A DNA stretch of 64,000 nucleotides from Candidatus Obscuribacteraceae bacterium (GTDB lineage Bacteria; Cyanobacteriota; Vampirovibrionia; Obscuribacterales; Obscuribacteraceae). Positions within the stretch are counted from its first letter, which is position 1; each line of letters opens with the position of its first letter. The position numbers and the translations under genes were made by a program. Under the pieces are notes generated by a model. The model searched no databases, was not told where the DNA came from, and worked only from the letters and a program-made list of their open reading frames with translations. The DNA lies in the NCBI GenBank assembly GCA_044226015.1, contig JBGAHS010000008.1:352001-416000 (forward strand). Reading direction: 5' to 3'. Positions 57,020-64,000 of this stretch are shown piece by piece.

Positions 57020-57757
57020 ATGAGTATCGAAACAGAAGCCGCTAGCGTGCAAAAAGACAGTACGGTGGGACAACTTGTCGCTGCCCGTCCAGAAAGAGCC
57101 AGCATTTTTGATGAGTTCGGAATTGACTATTGCTGTGGCGGCAAATTGACACTGGAAGAAGCTTGTCGACGAAAGGGTGTACGCATCAATGAACTGATTG
57201 AAAAACTTGACAGTCAGCATGAAAAAATTGTTGTCGAAAAAGACTGGAACGAAGTTTCACTAATTGAATTAACGAATCATATCGTGTTTCATTATCACCG
57301 CCCACTGCAACACCAGCTGCCGAGAGTTCTCCAGCTGGCAAAGAAAGTCGCCGATGCTCACGGAAAAAAACATCCTGAAATGATTGAAGTTTTTGAGATT
57401 TTTAGCGACTTCGCGTCTCAATTAGAATTGCATATGCACAAAGAGGAGATGGTCTTGTTTCCAGCAATTGCAAACCTCGAAAGCGGAGGGAAAGTCAGCT
57501 TCGGATGTGGCGGCGGAATAGAAATGCCAATCGCTGTCATGACGCAAGAGCACGACGAAGCAGGAGCCGCGCTTGAAGCATTTGAACGATTGACGAATAA
57601 TTTCACAGTACCAGAGGATGCATGCAATTCGTTCAGAGTCCTGGTGCATGCACTGGCAACGATAAAAGCAGACATGAAACAACATGTGCACAAGGAAAAC
57701 AATATCTTGTTTCCGCGCACACTTGCACTGGTTCACAGCAGCAGTACGAAACACTGA
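57020..57757 (+). CDS. ric: Iron-sulfur cluster repair di-iron protein (Ric/YtfE/ScdA)
   Basis: FGIDYCCGGKLTLEEAC, HIV..H, HMHKEEMVLFP, PIAVMTQEHD, PEDACNS, HVHKENNILFP. Confidence 0.95.
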   Translation: MSIETEAASVQKDSTVGQLVAARPERASIFDEFGIDYCCGGKLTLEEACRRKGVRINELIEKLDSQHEKIVVEKDWNEVSLIELTNHIVFHYHRPLQHQLPRVLQLAKKVADAHGKKHPEMIEVFEIFSDFASQLELHMHKEEMVLFPAIANLESGGKVSFGCGGGIEMPIAVMTQEHDEAGAALEAFERLTNNFTVPEDACNSFRVLVHALATIKADMKQHVHKENNILFPRTLALVHSSSTKH

Positions 57758-57776
57758 ACCTGCAAAAATACTAAGG

Positions 57777-57810
57777 TGAGAGCTGCATGAGATCGGTCAT
57801 GCAGCTCTCA
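57777..57810. terminator. 14-bp perfect hairpin between convergent genes
   Basis: TGAGAGCTGCATGA-gatcgg-TCATGCAGCTCTCA; no clear U tract. Confidence 0.5.
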
Positions 57811-57819
57811 CGAATTCGT

Positions 57820-57964
57820 GGTTTACGCTTTACGGGATCCGCGGTGCACGCTGTACGGAATCCGTGGTGCACGCTGTACGGGATCCGCGGTGCACGCTGC
57901 ACGGGATCCGTGGTTTACGCTGCACGGGATCCGCAGTGCACGCTGCACGGGATCCCTGGTTTAC
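57820..57964 (-). repeat. 23-bp tandem array (6 copies plus a partial) seeded at the radical SAM stop codon
   Basis: GGT(TT/GC)ACGCTG(C/T)ACGGGATCCG(C/T) units; the terminal GGTTTAC overlaps the stop at 57961-57963. Confidence 0.92.
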
Positions 57965-59628
57965 ACCTTGTCTGATACGCTACCAGCGCTAACAAGTTCT
58001 TTTTCTGCTGTAGCATTTTTGATCACAGCAGACTTCGTCTGCACTTTGCCATCATGCCGATATTGCTTGTACATGGTCGGAGGTTGATACATATGTTTTG
58101 GATTGCGAAGTTTGAATCTCTCAACAGCCGACGCCGCAAGCAAGACTTTTGAAGCAATCTTCTCAACAAAGGTTTCGCCTCCGAATTCTTTTTTGTACTC
58201 CCCTTCAAGGTAATTCACAAGATCTAAAGTTGCCTTATTTTCTGCGCTGCTTCGACATGCCTCAAACACAGGGCGCAACTCGATACATCGCTTCTTCAGC
58301 CGCTCAGTCAAACCACTTATACGTGGGTCGGAGTGCTTCTTCACCGTTCTATAACCACGCAGAGATGTATCCGCAAGCCGAAGCAAAGACGGACCATGCT
58401 TTTCATAATCTCTCAAGAAAGCCATCTTAGTGTACGCAGCCGTCTCATCTCGAGTGAAGTGCTCGTGATTGAACCAGATTTTGTCCTGTCCGTGCCAGTC
58501 TTCAAATGGTACGTCAAATCTAAGCTTTCCTTGTTGGTGATAGTCCTCGAATAAAGCGGTTCCAGGCAAAGGTCCGAGCTCCATAAATTGCACAAAATCA
58601 GTTTCGAGATCAATCAAGTAGTCGATGTCTTCATAGATAGTCTCAGGAGTGTGGTGCTCAAGGAACAAAATACCAGAGCCCAAAATTTGAATTCCATACT
58701 GTCGCAACGAAGCAATTATTGCTTTGAGATCGACCCCCTTTGTTTTGGTATAAATGTCACGCTTGGATTCGACCCCTATCCAAACAAAGTCGATGCCGAG
58801 CTTAACGAGGAACTCAACGCCAACAGCGTTAATTGTCTCTGCCGACGAAAAAACACCCAAATGAAAATACTTATTATGCTTCTCCATAATCTGAAGCAAC
58901 TCTTCTGCTCGGGGACGATTCTTGAGGAAATTTTCGTCCATCACAAAAAATTCGTTTACGCCAAGCTCTTTTTCAATTTCGCAGAATGTATCGAATAAAA
59001 TCTGTCCAGAATTTAGAAAACCGATATAGCTTTTTTGGAAGTGATGCGATGTTGCACAAAATCGGCAGGCATTCACGCAACCCAAGCCAGGAATTATCAC
59101 AGCTGCCTTTGCCGGAATCGGCAGCCCCATTACGCGCCTGTTAATGGTGGATTTCATAATCGGATGTCGCAGCGGGGCAGCGCTATCTTCTCCCAATAAG
59201 TTTCGAAAGAAGTTTATGCCTTCACCTTTGCAAATATAATCACACGGTATGATTTTATCGAGGTCTGTTAAACCTGTGCCGTGCCCGCCGAGAACAATCT
59301 TTGTTTTAGGATAATGCTGACGCACATACTCAGCCATCGCTTTTGCTTTGATTATGTTTGCGGTAATGAAAGAGATACCCACATAATCGTAGCCTTTCTC
59401 AAGTTCTTTCTTGAACCTGTCAAACGAAGGAAAATCGAGCACCGCCGTTGGTGTCTGCAGATTTTCAGCGATGAGATAAAGCCCAAAGCTGGGATGGTTC
59501 ATTCGTAATGAAAATACTCCTTGCTCACGTGTCACTTGATTGTGAAATAGTTCCATCACGTTGAGCCGTCGCCCGTATTCATCGTCAACTCCATACGGTC
59601 CAAACACAGAGCTAAGTAGTAATTTCAT
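57961..59628 (-). CDS. Cobalamin-binding-domain radical SAM protein
   Basis: MKLLLSSVFGPYG, YDYVGISF..IVLGGHG..KGEG, GCVNACRFC, VMDENF, WIGVES, PLPGT; GAAGGA RBS. Confidence 0.88.
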   Translation of the reverse strand: MKLLLSSVFGPYGVDDEYGRRLNVMELFHNQVTREQGVFSLRMNHPSFGLYLIAENLQTPTAVLDFPSFDRFKKELEKGYDYVGISFITANIIKAKAMAEYVRQHYPKTKIVLGGHGTGLTDLDKIIPCDYICKGEGINFFRNLLGEDSAAPLRHPIMKSTINRRVMGLPIPAKAAVIIPGLGCVNACRFCATSHHFQKSYIGFLNSGQILFDTFCEIEKELGVNEFFVMDENFLKNRPRAEELLQIMEKHNKYFHLGVFSSAETINAVGVEFLVKLGIDFVWIGVESKRDIYTKTKGVDLKAIIASLRQYGIQILGSGILFLEHHTPETIYEDIDYLIDLETDFVQFMELGPLPGTALFEDYHQQGKLRFDVPFEDWHGQDKIWFNHEHFTRDETAAYTKMAFLRDYEKHGPSLLRLADTSLRGYRTVKKHSDPRISGLTERLKKRCIELRPVFEACRSSAENKATLDLVNYLEGEYKKEFGGETFVEKIASKVLLAASAVERFKLRNPKHMYQPPTMYKQYRHDGKVQTKSAVIKNATAEKELVSAGSVSDKV

Positions 59629-59788
59629 TGAAAGGATTCCTTCGTTTGCGAAAAGTGCATGAATCGCCACTTTAGCAAGGGAGAAAATAACTGTCACCTG
59701 AGCACCCATAAGTAACCGGTGACATAAAAGTAACCATAAAGACGCAAAAGGCTTACAATGCGGTTGCACAGCAGAGGACGACAAGTGT

Positions 59789-61279
59789 TCAAACTGCTAA
59801 ATAGACCTGGTTAAAAACCTTTTCCAGGGACTCGTGGATCTGTTGAGCAGCGCACTGTGCCGACTTTATGCAGTCGGGAAGCCCTACACCAACATATGAA
59901 TTTCCTGCAAGAAATATTCCTGGACTTAATAAAAGATCTTTCTCTATCGCAGCAACAAGCTTAGAATGCCCTACGGTGTATTGAGGAATTGCATTGTCAT
60001 AGCGCGACAAAACATGCATCTTTGGACGCCCTTCGATATCCAATAGTTTTTGCAACTCGGAATGACACAACTCAATAAGAGCATCATCATCAAGTTTCAT
60101 CGCATCGGCTTTCAATAATCCACCGGTAAAAATGCGCGCAACGAGCTCATCTTCACGCGAGCGCCCACTGAACTTATTGCTGCTGAAACTGCAAGCTGAT
60201 ATGAGCGTACCTTCAACACGTGGAACGACAAAACCGAATCCCTTTGGCTGCTTTTTGATTTGATTCCGCTTATAAACAAGATTCACAATCATGGCAGGAG
60301 ATCTGCGAATGCTTGTAAGTTTGTGCGACACCGATGGATTTATTTCACTGAGCATAAAACCAGCCTGATCGGCCGGCGTAGCAAACACAACAAAATCAGC
60401 ATCGTACCGGCTATTATCAGAGCACAGCACCGTCCACCTGTATGCATTTTTTGCTGCCATAACATGTGAAACTGTTTTTGATGTTTGTACGCAATTCTCT
60501 GGTAGCTCTTTGAGAATACTTTCAACCAGCAACGAAATTCCCTGGTCAAAGCTGGCTAAAATTCCATATCGAGGTCCAGCCGATGCCGTTGCTGCACGTT
60601 CTCGCTTTTTACCTTGCATCAATCCGCGAATAATACTTCCATATTTCTTTTCGAGTTGAACCAATTGCGGAATGGTGCTTGATGCGCTTAGAAATTCAGG
60701 GTCACCGCCGTAAATGCCGCCTATCATCGGCTCTGCGAGCTTGGTTAAGGCTTCTTGCCCAAGTCTTCTTTTGACAAAACTGGAGAGACTTTCATCATCT
60801 TGAGTCAAGTTTGCAGGCAAGATCATGTCCATTGCCATTCTCAATTTTCCTGAAATGGAAAATATATTGCTTTTTGCAAACGACCAGAGATCAGATGGAG
60901 CAATCATCATGAAGCCATCTGGAAGTGCATGAAGTTTTCCACTCAAGGAAACAAAACTACGTCGATTAGTTTCAGCAGTCGAGATAACCCTGTGCTTAAT
61001 TTGCAATTTCGCTGCAAGACTCAAAACCTCAGGTTTCAAGGTGCTGAATGATTCTGGTCCGCATTCTAATAAGAGATCATCTTGCTTGATTGTATTGATC
61101 ACGCCACCAGGTCGCGAAGACTTTTCGAGTATACGAATATTCATCTCCGGACATAAGCTCATGAGTTCGTAAGCGCATGCCAAACCAGAGATACCACCAC
61201 CAATGATGATAGTACTCAAAGCTTTTTTCTCAGACTGTAAGGGGTTCATAGCGTTCCAGTATATGACTGCCACAATCAT
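59789..61279 (-). CDS. hemY: Protoporphyrinogen/coproporphyrinogen oxidase HemY
   Basis: IIGGGISGLACA, ECGPESF, DESLSSFVKRRLG, EPMIGGIYGGDP, GFGFVVP, AIPQYTVGH, LAGNSYVGVGLPDCI; start may be 61249. Confidence 0.93.
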   Translation of the reverse strand: MIVAVIYWNAMNPLQSEKKALSTIIIGGGISGLACAYELMSLCPEMNIRILEKSSRPGGVINTIKQDDLLLECGPESFSTLKPEVLSLAAKLQIKHRVISTAETNRRSFVSLSGKLHALPDGFMMIAPSDLWSFAKSNIFSISGKLRMAMDMILPANLTQDDESLSSFVKRRLGQEALTKLAEPMIGGIYGGDPEFLSASSTIPQLVQLEKKYGSIIRGLMQGKKRERAATASAGPRYGILASFDQGISLLVESILKELPENCVQTSKTVSHVMAAKNAYRWTVLCSDNSRYDADFVVFATPADQAGFMLSEINPSVSHKLTSIRRSPAMIVNLVYKRNQIKKQPKGFGFVVPRVEGTLISACSFSSNKFSGRSREDELVARIFTGGLLKADAMKLDDDALIELCHSELQKLLDIEGRPKMHVLSRYDNAIPQYTVGHSKLVAAIEKDLLLSPGIFLAGNSYVGVGLPDCIKSAQCAAQQIHESLEKVFNQVYLAV

Positions 61280-61388
61280 TTGGTCTCATCCTTTCGGATG
61301 ATGAATGTTAACCATTCCGTAAGTAACTCACATACTCACTTAGGACGATTACGCACCAGTTGGGCGGTGACATAATAAACCATGATAA

Positions 61389-61406
61389 CTGGATATATTT
61401 GTCCAA
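61389..61406. promoter_or_regulatory. 18-bp palindromic operator, copy between hemY and the cytochrome c-narG operon
   Basis: CTGGATATATTTGTCCAA. Confidence 0.6.
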
Positions 61407-61439
61407 ATTAAGATGGATAGCTGATTAAGGCTAGAGAAA

Positions 61440-62342
61440 ATGGATGTAACTCACGGTTTCGTGTCTTCAAAATTCAAGAAATTTCGCATGTCATATCGGC
61501 ACAGCTCGCGAAATAAAGTTGTAAAAGCTCTGCTGAGCGTCAGTTTTATAAGTAGTTGTCTGGTAGCACCTGCGGTGGCAGATGCAAATTCAGGCTCAGA
61601 CTTATTTCAAAGTAAATGTGCTGGTTGTCACACACTGGGAAAGGGCGCTCTTGTCGGTCCTGACCTTGCAGGAACCAAAACCTGGGATGACGAAAAGCTT
61701 AGCGGTGCAATCAAACGAATGGAGGGATCGGTCGGTCCTCTAGCAGCAAATGAGACCAGCGACCTGATTGCGTTCTTGAAAAATCCGCCTTCAGGCGATG
61801 CAGCAAAATCAACAGACGGCGCTCAAGCGACTGCTAGCGATTCTACTAAGAAACCTGCGGATGGGGCGCAAACAACGAGTAGCGAACAAGCAAACGCAGA
61901 GCCTGCAAAAGAAGCCCCCAAAGACGAATTACAAGCTCTGGGCTCAGCACTTGACGGAGAAATGCTATTTGATGGAAGAAAAGCGTTTTCGAATGGCGGT
62001 ATGTCCTGCAACGCATGCCATGTCGCTGGAGATAAAGGTGCAGGGCTGGGACCTGATCTGACAAAAATTTCCGAAAAAATGAACGATGCAGCGCTACTTG
62101 CTGCTTGCCAGCAAACACCATTCAAAGTCATGAAAGCCGCTTACGCCAGCCATCCAGTGACTAAGGAAGAAGCGGCCAGCCTTGTGAAATATTTCAATTC
62201 ACTGAAAGGCACACAATCTGCCCATGAGAAATTTCCAATTTCACTCTGTGGTGGTGCTGGCTCTCTCTTGATCCTTCTGCTAATCGCAGCAGGTTATAGA
62301 AACAGAAACAACGGCGTGCGCAAAAAGTTGCACAGGAGATAA
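61440..62342 (+). CDS. Membrane-anchored diheme cytochrome c preceding narG (NarC-like)
   Basis: Signal peptide, CAGCH..GPDL, CNACH..GPDL..M, C-terminal transmembrane helix; start may be 61488. Confidence 0.88.
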   Translation: MDVTHGFVSSKFKKFRMSYRHSSRNKVVKALLSVSFISSCLVAPAVADANSGSDLFQSKCAGCHTLGKGALVGPDLAGTKTWDDEKLSGAIKRMEGSVGPLAANETSDLIAFLKNPPSGDAAKSTDGAQATASDSTKKPADGAQTTSSEQANAEPAKEAPKDELQALGSALDGEMLFDGRKAFSNGGMSCNACHVAGDKGAGLGPDLTKISEKMNDAALLAACQQTPFKVMKAAYASHPVTKEEAASLVKYFNSLKGTQSAHEKFPISLCGGAGSLLILLLIAAGYRNRNNGVRKKLHRR

Positions 62343-62346
62343 TCAA

Positions 62347-64000
62347 ATGACCTGGATCAAAGACATGTTTGCGCCTAAACAACGTCAATGGGAAGACATG
62401 TATCGCAATCGCTGGCAGTACGACAAAATTGTACGCAGCACTCACGGTGTAAATTGCACAGGCTCATGCAGCTGGAATGTCTACGTCAAAAACGGCATAG
62501 TCACCTGGGAACTTCAGGCGCTGGATTATCCAATCTTCAATAAAGAAATACCGCCTCATGAACCCAGAGGTTGTCAGCGAGGCATTTCATGCTCATGGTA
62601 TCTGTACAGCCCGCTGAGAGTTAAATACCCTTACATGCGCGGCGCGTTGATCGACCTCTGGAGAAAAGCAAGAGAAGAGCATCCTAATGATCCGATAGCG
62701 GCTTGGAAATCAATAGTTGAACATCCAGTCTCGCGCCAGAGATATCAAAAAGCCAGAGGAAAAGGCGGATTTCGTCGAATCAGCTGGGATGAAGTTCTTG
62801 AATTAATAGCTGCCGCAAATATACATACATTGCAAAAACATGGAAGCGATAGAATCGTCGGATTCTCACCAATTCCAGCAATGTCGATGCTGAGCTATGC
62901 GGCAGGCGCACGATTCCTGCAATTAATGGGTGGTGTCAACCTGTCATTTTATGATTGGTATTGTGATTTGCCACCAGCTTCTCCAGAAGTATGGGGAGAG
63001 CAGACAGACGTTGCAGAAAGCGCCGATTGGTTCCATTCAAAATTTGTTGCGACAGTTGGAAGCAACGTATTAATGACCAGAACCCCAGATGCACACTTCC
63101 TCGTAGAAGCAAGACACAGAGGTGCAAAAGTCGTTGTATTTTCACCTGACTTTTCCATGGTGTCAAAAATTGCTGATGAATGGGTGCCGATAAATCAAGG
63201 ACAGGACGGCGCCTTCTGGATGGCTGTAAACCACGTCATCCTGAAAGAGTACTTCATCGATAGGCAAGTAGATTATTTCCAAAACTATGTGAAGCGATAT
63301 AGCAATCTTCCATTTCTGGTGGAACTCAAGAAAACAACAGACGGCAAATATGAAGCAGGAAGACTTCTTCGAGCCAGTGAACTGGCAAGTACTGCAGGTC
63401 AGGAAAACGCAGAATGGAAAACATTTGTTCTCGATGCTAACACTGGCAAACCAGCTCAGCTAAAAGGAACCATTGGTCATCGCTGGCAGAAAAAGAAAGG
63501 CGAATGGAATCTCAAACTCGAAGATGACGAGACGGGCAAGCACGTCGACCCAGTCTTGCAACTTGGAATGCACGCAAATAAATTGGTCAACGTTGAACTT
63601 TCAAACTTCTCCGATGGCAGCAATGATCTCTTCGTTGAGAGACAGGTTCCAGCCATAGAATTAGAAAGTACTCAAGGACCTGTCATTGTCACCACTGCAT
63701 TTGAATTGTTGCTTGCTCAATATGGTGTACCAAGCGGACTAAAGGGCGACTATCCTGCAAACTATGAGGATGAAACCCTACCATACACACCAGCATGGCA
63801 GGAGAAGTTTACTGGCGTCAGAGCGGATATGGTCGTGAATTTCGCCCGCGAGTGGGCTCGCACAGCCGAGCTTAGCAAAGGCAAATGTAGCGTGATCATC
63901 GGAGCCGGTGTAAACCACTGGTATCACAATAACTTGATTTATCGCTCGATTATTACATCACTGGTGTTGTGCGGATGCGTCGGTGTCAGCGGCGGCGGAC
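62347..64000 (+). CDS. narG: Respiratory nitrate reductase alpha subunit, partial (runs off the window; absent from the ORF track)
   Basis: [99 protein letters not shown]. Confidence 0.96.
   Translation, partial: MTWIKDMFAPKQRQWEDMYRNRWQYDKIVRSTHGVNCTGSCSWNVYVKNGIVTWELQALDYPIFNKEIPPHEPRGCQRGISCSWYLYSPLRVKYPYMRGALIDLWRKAREEHPNDPIAAWKSIVEHPVSRQRYQKARGKGGFRRISWDEVLELIAAANIHTLQKHGSDRIVGFSPIPAMSMLSYAAGARFLQLMGGVNLSFYDWYCDLPPASPEVWGEQTDVAESADWFHSKFVATVGSNVLMTRTPDAHFLVEARHRGAKVVVFSPDFSMVSKIADEWVPINQGQDGAFWMAVNHVILKEYFIDRQVDYFQNYVKRYSNLPFLVELKKTTDGKYEAGRLLRASELASTAGQENAEWKTFVLDANTGKPAQLKGTIGHRWQKKKGEWNLKLEDDETGKHVDPVLQLGMHANKLVNVELSNFSDGSNDLFVERQVPAIELESTQGPVIVTTAFELLLAQYGVPSGLKGDYPANYEDETLPYTPAWQEKFTGVRADMVVNFAREWARTAELSKGKCSVIIGAGVNHWYHNNLIYRSIITSLVLCGCVGVSGGG

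Noticed and set aside
61280..61440. Canonical FNR box or NarL 7-2-7 site upstream of nar
   Set aside because: No TTGAT-N4-ATCAA and only isolated heptamer-like words without inverted pairing

Overview
Bacterial window of about 47% GC (by eye). Protein style and gene mix suggest a non-photosynthetic cyanobacterial relative such as Ca. Obscuribacterales/Vampirovibrionia (inference only). Four zones: (1) 0.1-11 kb is a decayed genomic island bounded by a 3' tRNA-Arg(ACG) fragment (att scar), with a DUF6880-like gene, an AbiE toxin-antitoxin pair whose toxin is truncated, orphan toxin/immunity-like cassettes and a truncated HNH gene. (2) 12.7-36.9 kb is a 7753-aa giant protein built like a modular multi-effector toxin: helical N-terminus, RHS/YD-like beta region, hydrophobic hairpin, then HExxH, PRTase-like, HCX5R phosphatase, PD-(D/E)xK-like and C-terminal HExxGH domains, with a duplicated 25-aa linker. 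A NucA-type nuclease gene converges on it. (3) 37-50 kb holds an RNA ligase behind an apparent attenuator, two Hsp20 genes (one membrane-targeted), TPR/LRV proteins, paralogous microproteins missed by the ORF track, and many short tandem arrays, several seeded exactly at stop codons. (4) 50-64 kb is an anaerobic/nitrosative cluster: split nnrS-like gene, HxlR+AhpD-like, nrdD with a separately encoded glycyl-radical domain, nrdG, ric, B12 radical SAM, hemY, diheme cytochrome c and partial narG, sharing a novel-looking 18-bp palindrome. Best candidate for an undescribed system: the giant effector protein together with a shared non-Sec N-terminal motif (Phi-P-x-Phi-x-Phi at residues about 51-65) found on it, the nuclease and three nearby unknown proteins. 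All family calls are by motif recognition, without database searches.
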